64,000 nt of DNA, taken from Eledone cirrhosa. Its lineage: Eukaryota. The number at the start of each line of letters is the position of its first letter. Position 1 is the first letter of the stretch. The position numbers and the translations under genes are program-made. The DNA lies in assembly GCA_964016885.1 (NCBI GenBank), contig OZ024747.1, forward strand, positions 9,362,001 through 9,426,000, written 5' to 3'. Below, in pieces: positions 40,998 through 57,486 of this stretch. The notes below the pieces were generated by a model. That model searched no databases. It was not told where the DNA came from and worked only from the letters and a program-made list of their open reading frames with translations.

Positions 40998-41955
40998 TTA
41001 ACGGCGCTGCGATCGAATGTGGCTATTTAGCCCAGCCAATGATCTAAAATGTCTTGCACAGAGTCGGCAACCAAAACATTCACTGGGAATAGCCAGCTGT
41101 GGTTGGAGTTCGTGTACTTTTGCATGTCGCTTGAGCCCTCCTGCTGATTTACATTCTCTACCACATGCTTGGCAAGCATGAGGAGTAGCATCTCCAACAG
41201 CAGCCTGGTAGTCAACCACTGGTCTTACTTTATGACTGCGAAGATGACTTTCGAGTCCAGCTTTGCTTAGGCAGAGTCTCGCACAGACGCTGCCTGTCAG
41301 CGCCATAGGAGGACCTTCGCCGTCTGGAAATGCAACAGCTATGCCCTTCCTCACATCCCGCTTTACTTTCTCGTATGCGATTCGAGATGCCTCAAAGGCA
41401 ACTTTCCCCTCATATACAGTCTTTCTCCATTTATTACGATCAGCAGCAACATTTTCCCATGTATCAGCAGAGATGTTAGCGTCTTTCAAAGAGGCTTTCA
41501 AGAAATCCTTATACCTCTTTTTTGGTTTATGTGGTGGTCGTTTTCCTTTAACTAACTCTCCTTAAAAGAGTTGTTTTGGTATTCTAGAATCCTTCATCCT
41601 GGCAAGGTGACCACTCCACCGGAGTCGTTGCTTAAGCACAAGAGCTTTCCAAAATCTCGACATCACTGATGTGGTCCCTCCATGGATCCGTCTGAGACAC
41701 ATCTGATGGAAACGCTCCAATTGCTTAAGGTGGTGTCGATATGTGACCCAGGTCTCGCAGGCATAAAGAAGAGAAGAGAGAACACATGCCGTGTACACCT
41801 TTACCTTTGTCTTCTTGCATATGTCTCGCCGACCCCAGAGTCGTCTTTCTAGCTTTCCGAAAGCATCACTTGCTTTCCTAATCCTCAGTGGGATTTCATT
41901 ATCAAGGTTGTTGTATCGATTGACAGTGCTTCCCAGGTAGACAAACTGATCAACT
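40998..41955 (-). mobile_element. RTE/BovB-like LINE 3' fragment with C2H2-type zinc fingers, frameshifted
   Basis: VDQFVYLGS, VLSSLLYACETW, RLRWSGHLARM..RIPKQL, DRNKWR, then CQAC..LKRHAKVH and two degenerate fingers. Confidence 0.93.
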
Positions 41956-42018
41956 ACATACACACATACATACATACATACATACATACATACATACATA
42001 CATACATACATACATACA

Positions 42019-42628
42019 TGGTGGCTGCCAACTCGTTTTCGAGTACGGCCACTACTTTATATCCATGTAGGAGAACCCCTACTGATGCGCTGAACGAGTG
42101 TGACTTTTTAGTCCAGCCAGCGACTTGAAAACTCTGGTACAAACACTACACTTGTGACAATTATTGACACATAGTGTTGGGCCCATGGTACCATGTGACG
42201 ACAAGTGCAGAGAGATCTCCAGATATAAAGCAATGCCTGTGCCGTGAAGCTTTTATAGTGAGCAAAGGCACTGCACAAAGCCAGTCCCACTCTCTTAACC
42301 AAGATGATATTTACCAAAAAGAAGAACAAGTCAACATCATTGGATACCATCAGGGTTGCAGGTGTTATATCAGAGTTTTCCTTCTCCTAGAATTCTGCCT
42401 TGACAAAGGCTAAGGGGTCATCTCTCCCGGTGATTTTGGATGGACATTGACTCTTAAGAGCTCCTTTTCCCTTTGACAAGTTTTGTTTTTAGTCCTGTAG
42501 GATGTCCAAAGTCACCCTCCTCACCAAGAAACCTTGGTGGGGTTGCCAGTTTAGTCGCCAACGACCCGACCATGAGGCAGGTTGTACTGGGATACATGTT
42601 ACCAGTAGCACCAACTGGTGACCTGACA
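42019..42628 (-). mobile_element. Longest copy (about 610 bp) of the non-autonomous RTE-like element, flanked by (CATA)n
   Basis: Homology to the 35121 and 36525 copies plus an extra 5' portion. Confidence 0.88.
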
Positions 42629-42754
42629 TAACATACATACATACATACATACATACATACATACATACATACATACATACATAACTTCCACAACAAATTA
42701 GCAAACCATCTTCGATGACGCGCGTTTCACCCAACGGATTCTAGACTCGAGTGT

Positions 42755-42835
<81 letters not shown>

Positions 42836-43194
42836 TACACACTAACACACACATTTGTATTATGTATGTGTACTTGTGTGTAAACCCATCATCATCATCT
42901 AACGTTTAGTTACAGATGGTCCACCCGTTTAAGTCCAGTTACCTCTGTCGTACATTTGGTATCTCCAATATTCTCAAGAAACAGTGTTAATAAAATGAAT
43001 AATAATTTATGCGGCTTGTTTGTCTTGAATATTTTAGTAATGCGGCCCATCTTTTGATGAGTTACATACTTTGCGGACCACTGCTCGAAAAAAGGTTGCT
43101 TATATCTGATTTAAACCATATCTCATTAAATGAGTAATTGTGAGAAACCCAGATTATAGCGAATATATTTCCTATAACCTCGTCAATATATAGC

Positions 43195-43369
43195 AGCATC
43201 GGTAGAGCGTCGGACGCCATACTTTACAGCAAAGAGTTACGGCCCTTGCTATTCTGAGTTCAAATCCCGCCGAGGTTAACTTTGCCTTTCATCCTTACGG
43301 GGTCGATAAAATAAAGTACCAGTAATACACTGGGGTAATTACTGGCCTTGCGCCAAAAGTAGAAACAAA
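43195..43369 (+). mobile_element. SINE family 1
   Basis: B box, core and 3' end match. Confidence 0.9.
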
Positions 43370-43540
43370 TATATCTATACATATATTGGCGTGTTTAGTC
43401 CTCCGCTGCCATGGAGGTAATAAACTATGTCCATGGCGTCCCAGGCTATTGACTACTCCCGGAGAAAGACAAGAAAGACAACAGACTTTTAAGATTTTTT
43501 GCTCTTTTTTTGCTTTGACTGCATGCCCATATATGGATTG

Positions 43541-43637
43541 TACCCCTTTATAAGTTCAGCTAGGTTCCTGCCGTTCTAATACTGGTGGCTTAGTATGGGT
43601 CTAGCTGTCGAAACGGCCGGAGCTCAGCCATCAGGGA
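43541..43637 (+). ncRNA. Family A hammerhead, variant subfamily, probably inactivated
   Basis: TACCCC TTTATAA (G5>U) GTT CAGCTAG...CTAGCTG TC GAAACGGC..GCCATC AGGG. Confidence 0.65.
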
Positions 43638-44206
43638 CATGAATCTTTTCATATTTCCCACTCTACTACCCGAAGTATCGAGTACTCTGGTGCATTATGG
43701 TCCACCTGGTATCTTACCACTCCTTCGTTGTTGTTATATATATATATATTTACAATATTAAATAAATGGAAACTATATTTATAAAACCATATTTATTTCA
43801 TTATATATATTTCAGGGATATCATATTAACAATATGCTATGCCTTCCTCAGACAAAATACAATATAAACAGTTTTATAGATAAATAGATTCGACATACCG
43901 TAATAACATCGACTTGCATTTGAAGAGGTTGATATGCCATATCAACCTCTTCAAATGCAAGTCGATGTTATTACGGTATGTCGAATCTATTTATCTATAA
44001 AACTGTTTATATTGTATTTTGTCTGAGGAAGGCATAGCATATTGTTAATATGATATCCCTGAAATATATATAATGAAATAAATATGGTTTTATAAATATA
44101 GTTTCCATTTATTTAATATTGTAAATATACTCCAAATATTTGTCGAGTGCTTTTATATCAGTTATAAATATTTACTAGTTGTAACCCAACAATTTTAAAT
44201 ATAACT

Positions 44207-44243
<37 letters not shown>

Positions 44244-44538
44244 AACCAGTAAGACCCCGACAGCTGAGCTCAAGCCGTTTCGACGGCTAATTCTGGACCA
44301 GAATTAGCCGTCGAAACGGCTTGAGCTCAGCTGTCGGGGTCTTACTGGTTCCTATTACCCACTCTACTACCTCAAGTATTGAGTACTTTGGTGCGTTATG
44401 GTCCACCTGGTTCCTTACCACATCTCCTTCGTTATATATATATATATATATGAAACAGCCATCGAAACGGCTTGAGCTCTGCCGTCGGTGTCTCGAACAT
44501 TTTTCCACATATATATATTATATATTATATATTTTACC

Positions 44539-44573
<35 letters not shown>

Positions 44574-44619
44574 TAAATATATATATATAATATATAATAT
44601 ATATATATTATATATATAC

Positions 44620-44676
<57 letters not shown>

Positions 44677-44773
44677 AATTAATATCTAGTAACATTTAGA
44701 TACATACAGATGCATATCAATGCTAGCAAATATATAGGTTTTGTGGTTCAATGCATGGGGTTGCAGAACAAGG

Positions 44774-45005
<232 letters not shown>

Positions 45006-45150
45006 ATATTGTTATACTTGGGGAGGGTCATACATATATATATTTCAAAATTTAATATTGACATGGCTTCTACAGGACTAAAACTGTTTTCACTCTACAA
45101 ATGTATTTAGTACCTTATTTACTGTGGTGACCCCCGATGTAACTCGGGAC

Positions 45151-45206
<56 letters not shown>

Positions 45207-45876
45207 GTACATATAGGTTAGGGATTGTAACGTCGAGTTGCTGTAGGCTCACCAGATTGTAAAGGAGTCATTCTGTCATTACCATAACAGAAGTCCGACG
45301 AGCATTTGATTCTAGAGTCGGGTCCGATCGATACAGATCGAACCTTGAGCTGATCAATCGCGAAACGCGCGTCACATCTCAATAAATATAATGAAGATTT
45401 AACACTTCATCTTTTTTATCATTATATATATATATATACAAAGAGGGTGACCATAACGCACCAGAGTACTCAATACCTAGGGTATTAGAGTAGATAATAG
45501 GAAAAAACTCAGTTCGGACCTAGCTGTCGAAACGGCCGGCGCTCAGCCGTCGGGGACCTGACTCTTTATATATATATATATATATATAATTTTGGTATGT
45601 TTATATACATTTTTTCTTCTAACTTTGATTTTATACCTAATTGTGTATGGTTGACGATATATTTAATCGATTCCCACGTGCTATTGGAAATGGTGGGTAA
45701 ATATTCTATGGCTGTCGATCGCGAATAGATAGCTGTCGTTTATTTACCTATTATTTCTTCATAGGTGTCTTTTAATCTTATAGTCTGGTTTAATTGGTTT
45801 TTAGTGTGGTTGATTATGCTGATTGGGAGAGGAAATGGTGTATATATTTTATCAAATGATTCTAAGGACATATTTT

Positions 45877-45931
<55 letters not shown>

Positions 45932-46057
45932 AGAAGCTTCTACAGGACTAGAACTGTTTCATTCGGGAGAAATCATCTATATTAAAATATTTATACTCTG
46001 CTTTGTATTGAGTAGCTTACTTACTGTGGTTACCTCCGATTGAACCCGAGATAAACT

Positions 46058-46164
<107 letters not shown>

Positions 46165-46580
46165 CTGTCTGTCTGTGTGTACATCCATACACAGATACAC
46201 AGTTAATCAGACGTACACTGCGACAAACAGACAGACTAATTGTCTACTAATTCAACAGTCAACCGTTAAAATAGACCAATAATAAACATGGACGGCTTTT
46301 CTCTTGTCTTCCTCCTCCTCCTCCCTCCCGCCACCTTCACTGCCATCCTTACTTTTCTCTTAGTCAAGCTCCTCCCTTTTTATTCACCTTTCTTATCCTC
46401 CCTCTCCTCCTGCCTCACACTCTCTCCTTCGTCACTGGCCAACGGTGTTATTACCTCCCACCACCACCACAGACATACACACAGACAGGCATACAGACAG
46501 AAAAAACAATTACATGACTTTCTCATAATCTTCTCTCACCCGCCTCTTTATTGTCTTTCACCTCGTAATTCCTTTCCTGC

Positions 46581-49500
46581 CTACCACCACTGACAACATA
46601 ACATACACAACATACACAACCACAACCAACACCACCATCACCACCATCAACACTACAACTACCAACACTACCACCACTAACAACACAACATAACCAACCA
46701 CAACCAACACCACCATCAACACTACAACTACCAACACTACCACCACTAACAACACAACATACACAAACCACAACCATCACCACCATCACTACTAAACTAC
46801 CAACACTACCACCACTAACAACACAACATAACCAACCACAACCAACACCACCTTCACCACCATCACCACTACAACTACCAACACTACCACCACTAACAAC
46901 ACAACATAACCAACCACAACCAACACCACCATCACCACCATCAACACTACAACTACCAACACTACCACCACTAACAACACAACATAACCAACCACAACCA
47001 ACACCACCATCACCACCATCACCACTAAACTACCAACACTACCACCACTAACAACACAACATAACCAACCACAACCAACACCACCATCACCACCATCACC
47101 ACTACAACTACCAACACTACCACCACTAACAACACAACATACACAAACCACAACCAACACCACCATCACCACCATCACCACTAAACTACCAACACTACCA
47201 CCACTAACAACACAACATAACCAACCACAACCAACACCACCATCACCACCATCAACACTACAACTACCAACACTACCACCACTAACAACACAACATAACC
47301 AACCACAACCAACACCACCATCACCACCATCACCACTAAACTACCAACACTACCACCACTAACAACACAACATAACCAACCACAACCAACACCACCATCA
47401 CCACCATCAACACTACAACTACCAACACTACCACCACTAACAACTCAACATAACCAACCGCAACCAACACCACCATCACCACCATCACCACTAAACTACC
47501 AACACTACCACCACTAACAACACAACATAACCAACCACAACCAACACCACCATCACCACGATCACCACTACAACTACCAACACTACCACCACTAACAACA
47601 CAACATACACAAACCACAACCAACACCACCATCACCACCATCACCACTAAACTACCAACACTACCACCACTAACAACACAACATAACCAACCACAACCAA
47701 CACCACCATCACCACCATCAACACTACAACTACCAACACTACCACCACTAACAACACAACATACCCAACCACAACCAACACCACCATCACCACTACAACT
47801 ACCAACACTACCACCACTAACAACACAACATACACAACCACAACCATCACCACCATCAACACTACAACTACCAACACTACCACCACTAACAACACAACAT
47901 ACCCAAACCACCACCATCACCACCATCAACACTACAACTACCAACACTACCACCACTAACAACACAACATACCCAACCACAACCAACACCACCATCACCA
48001 CCATCACCACTACCAACACTACCACCACTAACAACACAACATACCCAAACCACCACCATCACCACCATCAACACTACAACTACCAACACTACCACCACTA
48101 ACAACACAACATACACAACCACAACCATCACCACCATCAACACTACAACTACCAACACTACCACCACTAACAACGCAACATACCCAAACCACCACCATCA
48201 CCACCATCAACACTACAACTACCAACACTACCACCACTAACAACACAACATACCCAACCACAACCAACACCATCATCAACACTACAACTACCAACACTAC
48301 CACCACTAACAACACAACATACACAACCACAACCATCACCACCAACAACACTAAAACTACCAACACTACCACCACTAACAACACAACATACACAAACAAC
48401 AACCAACACCACCATCACCACTACAACTACCAACACTACCACCACTAACAACACAACATACACAACCACAACCATCACCACCAACAACACTACAACTACC
48501 AACACTACCACCACTAACAACACAACATACACAAACCACAACCAACACCACCATCACCACTATAACTACCAACACTACCACCACTAACAACACAACATAC
48601 ACAACCACAACCATCACCACCAACAACACTACAACTACCAACACTACCACCACTAACAACACAACATACCCAACCACAACCAACACCACCATCAACACTA
48701 CAACTACCAACACTACCACCACTAACAACACAACATACACAACCACAACCATCACCACCAACAACACTACAACTACCAACACTACCACCACTAACAACAC
48801 AACATACACAAACCACAACCAACACCACCATCACCACTACAACTACCAACACTACCACCACTAACAACACAACATACACAAACCACAACCATCACCACCA
48901 TCACCACTACAACTACCAACACTACCACCACTAACAACACAACATACACAACCACAACCATCACCACCAACAACACTACAACTACCAACACTACCACCAC
49001 TAACAACACAACATACACAAACCACAACCAACACCACCATCACCACTACAACTACCAACACTACCACCACTAACAACACAACATACACAACCACAACCAT
49101 CACCACCAACAACACTACAACTACCAACACTACCACCACTAACAACACAACATACACAAACCACAACCATCACCACCATCACCACTACAACTACCAACAC
49201 TACCACCACTAACAACACAACATACACAACCACAACCATCACCACCAACAACACTACAACTACCAACACTACCACCACTAACAACACAACATACACAAAC
49301 CACAACCATCACCACCATCACCACTACAACTACCAACACTACCACCACTAACAACACAACATACACAACCACAACCATCACCACCAACAACACTACAACT
49401 ACCAACACTACCACCACTAACAACACAACATACACAAACCACAACCAACAACACCATCACCACTACAACTACCAACACTACCACCACTAACAACACAACA

Positions 49501-52500
49501 TACACAACCACAACCATCACCACCAACAACACTACAACTACCAACACTACCACCACTAACAACACAACATACACAAACCACAACCATCACCACCATCACC
49601 ACTACAACTACCAACACTACCACCACTAACAACACAACATACACAACCACAACCATCACCACCAACAACACTACAACTACCAACACTACCACCACTAACA
49701 ACACAACATACACAAACCACAACCATCACCACCATCACCACTACAACTACCAACACTACCACCACTAACAACACAACATACACAACCACAACCATCACCA
49801 CCAACAACACTACAACTACCAACACTACCACCACTAACAACACAACATACACAAACCACAACCATCACCACCATCACCACTACAACTACCAACACTACCA
49901 CCACTAACAACACAACATACTCAACCACAGCCATCGCCACCAACAACACTACAACTACCAACACTACCACCACTAACAACACAACATACTCAACCACAAC
50001 CATCACCACCAACAACACTACAACTACCAACACTACCACCACTAACAACACAACATACACAAACTACAACCAACACCACCATCACCACTACAACTACCAA
50101 CACTACCACCACTAACAACACAACATACACAACCACAACCATCACCACCAACAACACTACAACTACCAACACTACCACCACTAACAACACAACATACACA
50201 AACCACAACCATCACCACCATCACCACTACAACTACCAACACTACCACCACTAACAACACAACATACACAACCACAACCATCACCACCAACAACACTACA
50301 ACTACCAACACTACCACCACTAACAACACAACATACACAACCACAGCCATCGCCACCAACAACACTACAACTACCAACACTACCACCACTAACAACACAA
50401 CATACACAAACCACAACCATCACCACCATCACCACTACAACTACCAACACTACCACCACTAACAACACAACATACACAACCACAACCATCACCACCATCA
50501 CCACCAACAACACTACAACTACCAACACTACCACCACTAACAACACAACATACACAAACCACAACCAACACCACCATCACCACTACAACTACCAACACTA
50601 CCACCACTAACAACACAACATACACAAACCACAACCAACACAACCATCACCACCATCAACACTACAACTACCAACACTACCACCACTAACAACACAACAT
50701 ACACAAACCACAACCAACACAACCATCACCACCAACAACACTACAACTACCAACACTACCACCACTAACAACACAACATACACAAACCACAACCATCACC
50801 ACCATCACCACTACAACTACCAACACTACCACCACTAACAACACAACATACACAACCACAACCATCACCACCATCACCACCAACAACACTACAACTACCA
50901 ACACTACCACCACTAACAACACAACATACACAAACCACAACCAACACCACCATCACCACTACAACTACCAACACTACCACCACTAACAACACAACATACA
51001 CAAACCACCACCAACACAACCATCACCACCATCAACACTACAACTACCAACACTACCACCACTAACAACACAACATACACAAACCACAACCAACACAACC
51101 ATCACCACCATCACTACTACAACTACCAACACTACCACCACTAACAACACAACATACACAAACCACAACCAACACCACCATCAACACTACAACTACCAAC
51201 ACTACCACCACTAACAACACAACATACACAAACCACAACCAACACCACCATCACTACTACAACTACCAACACTACCACCACTAACAACACAACATACACA
51301 AACCACAACCATCACCACCATCACCACCATCACTACTACAACTACCAACACTACCACCACTATCAACACAACATACACAAACCACCACCAACACAACCAT
51401 CACCACCATCACTACTACAACTACCAACACTACCACCACTAACAACACAACATACACAAACCACAACCATCACCACCATCACCACCATCACTACTACAAC
51501 TACCAACACTACCACCACTAACAACACAACATACACAAACCACCACCAACACAACCATCACCACCATCACTACTACAACTACCAACACTACCACCACTAA
51601 CAACACAACATACACAAACCACAACCATCACCACCATCACTACTACAACTACCAACACTACCACCACTAACAACACAACATACACAAACCACAACCATCA
51701 CCACCATCACCACCATCACTACTACAACTACCAACACTACCACCACTAACAACACAACATACACAAACCACCACCAACACAACCATCACCACCATCACTA
51801 CTACAACTACCAACACTACCACCACTAACAACACAACATACACAAACCACAACCATCACCACCATCACTACTACAACTACCAACACTACCACCACTAACA
51901 ACACAACATACACAAACCACAACCATCACCACCATCACTACTACAACTACCAACACTACCACCACTAACAACACAACATACACAACCACAACCAACACCA
52001 CCATCACCACCATCACCACTACAACTACCAACACTACCACCACTAACAACACAACATACACAAACCACAACCATCACCACCATCACCACCATCACTACTA
52101 CAACTACCAACACTACCACCACTAACAACACAACATACACAAACCACAACCATCACCACCATCACCACCATCAACACTACAACTACCAACACTACCACCA
52201 CTAACAACACAACATACCCAACCACAACCAACACCACCATCACCACTACAACTACCAACACTACCACCACTAACAACACAACATACACAAACCACAACCA
52301 TCACCACCATCACCACCATCAACACTACAACTACCAACACTACCACCACTAACAACACAACATACCCAACCACAACCAACACCACCATCAACACTACAAC
52401 TACCAACACTACCACCACTAACAACACAACATACCCAACCACAACCAACACCACCATCACCACTACAACTACCAACACTACCACCACTAACAACACAACA

Positions 52501-55500
52501 TACACAAACCACAACCAACACCACCATCACCACTACAACTACCAACACTACCACCACTAACAACACAACATAACCAACCACAACCAACACCACCATCACC
52601 ACCATCAACACTACAACTACCAACACTACCACCACTAACAACACAACATACACAAACCACAACCATCACCACCATCACCACCATCACTACTACAACTACC
52701 AACACTACCACCACTAACAACACAACATACACAAACCACAACCAACACCACCATCACCACCATCACTACTACAACTACCAACACTACCATCACTAACAAC
52801 ACAACATACACAAACCACAACCAACACCACCATCACCACCATCAACACTACAACTACCAACACTACCATCACTAACAACACAACATACCCAACCACAACC
52901 ATCACCACCATCACCACCATCAACACTACAACTACCAACACTACCACCACTAACAACACAACATACACAAACCACAACCATCACCACCATCACCACCATC
53001 AACACTACAACTACCAACACTACCACCACTAACAACACAACATACACAAACCACAACCATCACCACCATCACCACCATCAACACTACAACTACCAACACT
53101 ACCACCACTAACAACACAACATACACAAACCACAACCATCACCACCATCACCACCATCAACACTACAACTACCAACACTACCACCACTAACAACACAACA
53201 TACCCAACCACAACCAACACCACCATCACCACTACAACTACCAACACTACCACCACTAACAACACAACATACACAAACCACAACCATCACCACCATCACC
53301 ACCATCACTACTACAACTACCAACACTACCACCACTAACAACACAACATACACAAACCACCACCAACACAACCATCACCACCATCACTACTACAACTACC
53401 AACACTACCACCACTAACAACACAACATACACAAACCACAACCATCACCACCATCACCACCATCACTACTACAACTACCAACACTACCACCACTAACAAC
53501 ACAACATACACAAACCACCACCAACACAACCATCACCACCATCACTACTACAACTACCAACACTACCACCACTAACAACACAACATACACAAACCACAAC
53601 CATCACCACCATCACTACTACAACTACCAACACTACCACCACTAACAACACAACATACACAAACCACAACCATCACCACCATCACCACCATCACTACTAC
53701 AACTACCAACACTACCACCACTAACAACACAACATACACAAACCACCACCAACACAACCATCACCACCATCACTACTACAACTACCAACACTACCACCAC
53801 TAACAACACAACATACACAAACCACAACCATCACCACCATCACTACTACAACTACCAACACTACCACCACTAACAACACAACATACACAAACCACAACCA
53901 TCACCACCATCACCACCATCACTACTACAACTACCAACACTACCACCACTAACAACACAACATACACAACCACAACCAACACCACCATCACCACCATCAC
54001 CACTACAACTACCAACACTACCACCACTAACAACACAACATACACAAACCACAACCATCACCACCATCACCACCATCACTACTACAACTACCAACACTAC
54101 CACCACTAACAACACAACATACACAAACCACAACCATCACCACCATCACCACCATCAACACTACAACTACCAACACTACCACCACTAACAACACAACATA
54201 CCCAACCACAACCAACACCACCATCACCACTACAACTACCAACACTACCACCACTAACAACACAACATACACAAACCACAACCATCACCACCATCACCAC
54301 CATCAACACTACAACTACCAACACTACCACCACTAACAACACAACATACCCAACCACAACCAACACCACCATCAACACTACAACTACCAACACTACCACC
54401 ACTAACAACACAACATACCCAACCACAACCAACACCACCATCACCACTACAACTACCAACACTACCACCACTAACAACACAACATACACAAACCACAACC
54501 AACTCCACCATCACCACTACAACTACCAACACTACCACCACTAACAACACAACATAACCAACCACAACCAACACCACCATCACCACCATCAACACTACAA
54601 CTACCAACACTACCACCACTAACAACACAACATACACAAACCACAACCATCACCACCATCACCACCATCACTACTACAACTACCAACACTACCACCACTA
54701 ACAACACAACATACACAAACCACAACCAACACCACCATCACCACCATCACTACTACAACTACCAACACTACCATCACTAACAACACAACATACACAAACC
54801 ACAACCAACACCACCATCACCACCATCAACACTACAACTACCAACACTACCATCATTAACAACACAACATACCCAACCACAACCATCACCACCATCACCA
54901 CCATCAACACTACAACTACCAACACTACCACCACTAACAACACAACATACACAAACCACAACCATCACCACCATCACCACCATCAACACTACAACTACCA
55001 ACACTACCACCACTAACAACACAACATACACAAACCACAACCATCACCACCATCACCACCATCAACACTACAACTACCAACACTACCACCACTAACAACA
55101 CAACATACACAAACCACAACCATCACCACCATCACCACCATCAACACTACAACTACCAACACTACCACCACTAACAACACAACATACCCAACCACAACCA
55201 ACACCACCATCACCACTACAACTACCAACACTACCACCACTAACAACACAACATACACAACCACAACCAACACCACCAACACCACCATCACCACTACAAC
55301 TACCAACACTACCACCACTAACAACACAACATACTCAAACCACCACCATCACCACCATCACCACTACAACTACCAACACTACCACCACTAACAACACAAC
55401 ATACCCAACCACAACCAACACCACCATCAACACTACAACTACCAACACTACCACCACTAACAACACAACATACTCAAACCACAACCAACACCACCATCAC

Positions 55501-56110
55501 CACTACAACTACCAACACTACCACCACTAACAACACAACATACTCAAACCACCACCATCACCACCATCAACACTACAACTACCAACACTACCACCACTAA
55601 CAACACTACATACACAACCACAACCAACACCACCATCACCACTACAACTACCAACACTACCACCACTAACAACACAACATACTCAAACCACCACCATCAC
55701 CACCATCACCACTACAACTACCAACACTACCACCACTAACAACACAACATACCCAACCACAACCAACACCACCATCACCACTACAACTACCAACACTACC
55801 ACCACTAACAACACAACATACTCAAACCACAACCAACACCACCATCAACACTACAACTACCAACACTACCACCACTAACAACACAACATACACAACCACA
55901 ACCAACACCACCATCACCACCATCAACACTACAACTACCAACACTACCACCACTAACAACACAACATACCCAACCACAACCAACACCACCATCACCACTA
56001 CAACTACCAACACTACCACCACTAACAACACAACATACTCAAACCACAACCAACACCACCATCACCACTACAACTACCAACACTACCACCACTAACAACA
56101 CAACATACAA
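46581..56110. repeat. 9.5-kb C/A-rich satellite, monomer about 69-79 bp, with higher-order structure
   Basis: Constant ACTACAACTACCAACACTACCACCACTAACAACACAACATA plus a variable tail that changes in 9-bp steps; almost no G on the + strand. Confidence 0.97.
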
Positions 56111-56127
56111 CAACCATCTATTATATA

Positions 56128-56309
56128 TGGATTGGCAGTATCGGTAGAGGGTCGGACGCCATGCTTTCCAGGATAGTTACGTCCCTTTACGATCTGAGTT
56201 CAAATCAAGCTGAGGTTGACTTTGCCTTTCATCCTTACGGGGTCGATAAAATAAAGTACCAGTAATGCACTGGGTAATTGCTGGCCTTGTGCCTAAAGTA
56301 GAAACAATT
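56128..56309 (+). mobile_element. SINE family 1
   Basis: Full match. Confidence 0.9.
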
Positions 56310-56507
56310 GTATATATATATATATATATATATCGTTTCTGAATTTGTTTAGCAAGATTCTTTATCTGAAATCGTGTGTTGAAACCGATATTGTTATACT
56401 TTGGGAGGGTCATGTTGCCAATAAGAAACACACGCACCAGTTGCTTTCACAAGTGAAAGCAACTGGTGCGTGTGTTTCTTATTGGCAACATGACCCTCCC
56501 AAAGTAT

Positions 56508-56552
<45 letters not shown>

Positions 56553-56623
56553 TGAAATGGCTTCTATAGTACTAGAACTGTTTCATCCGAAGGCAATCAT
56601 AAGGAACCCCCCCCCCCCCACAT

Positions 56624-56797
56624 CTTTCCATTGGTCTTTCCAATTGCTAGTACTGTCTATCGGTCGTAACTCCAGGTAGAAGGAGCAACGTGAAATAAAG
56701 TGTCTTACTCAAGGACATAACGCATAATTCGGTCCGGGAATCGAACTCACAACCTCACGATTGTGAATCCAATTCTCTAACCACTCAGCCACGCACC
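56624..56797 (-). mobile_element. SINE family 2
   Basis: Homologous to 14620-14788. Confidence 0.9.
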
Positions 56798-56813
56798 TTC
56801 ATATATACGCGCG

Positions 56814-56900
<87 letters not shown>

Positions 56901-57486
56901 ATAAAATTGCAATTCAGCAGTGAAACGTTCTTAGAAATATAGAGAGAGACATGTGATGTTTTTCTCACTGGTACTGCAAAGGGAGTCGTGTGAGTATGTT
57001 CGTGTTTATATAGAACATGTTCTACGTAGAAGCCGATGATATGCGGAAATAGTCGAAATATCGAGAACATAAATCCGCCGATCAATTTAGTTCGTAAAAT
57101 ATTTTACAAATGTATTGGAATTATTGAAATCAATATTATGAATGTGATATAAAATTAATTTATAGAAACGAACTGCTATAATAAATAATTATAGAAATAT
57201 GAAAGAAATTTGTTTTTGGTGTAACTATAAATAGGTCAAACATACTGAAAAAGAAAGCAGTATTAGAAAGAACTATAAATGACATAAATGCGAAGAAAGG
57301 AGAGTGGAAAATCCTGGACGATTAGGCAAAGGAAGAAAGAAAGAGAGAAGGAGTTAGGGTGATAGATTACACCTATGTCAGAGCGGTGTTTCAGCTGCAC
57401 CCGCGGACAAAATGCCAAAGGCATTTCCGCGGACAATGACCAGCAGCGACACCCGGTGCAACAGCCACCCCACCTTATTTTGGGGA

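Noticed and set aside
42915-42958. Possible small exon after TTACAG
   Set aside because: Weak donor (GTATCT) and no supporting homology.
43005-43110. hAT-like end (GCGGCCC subterminal words, AAAAGGTTG); similar at 61385-61410
   Set aside because: No partner TIR or TSD; too degraded to annotate.
46523-56049. Val/Gly/Cys-rich ORFs
   Set aside because: Translations of the satellite. Monomer lengths of 70 and 79 break the frame, so there is no coding constraint.
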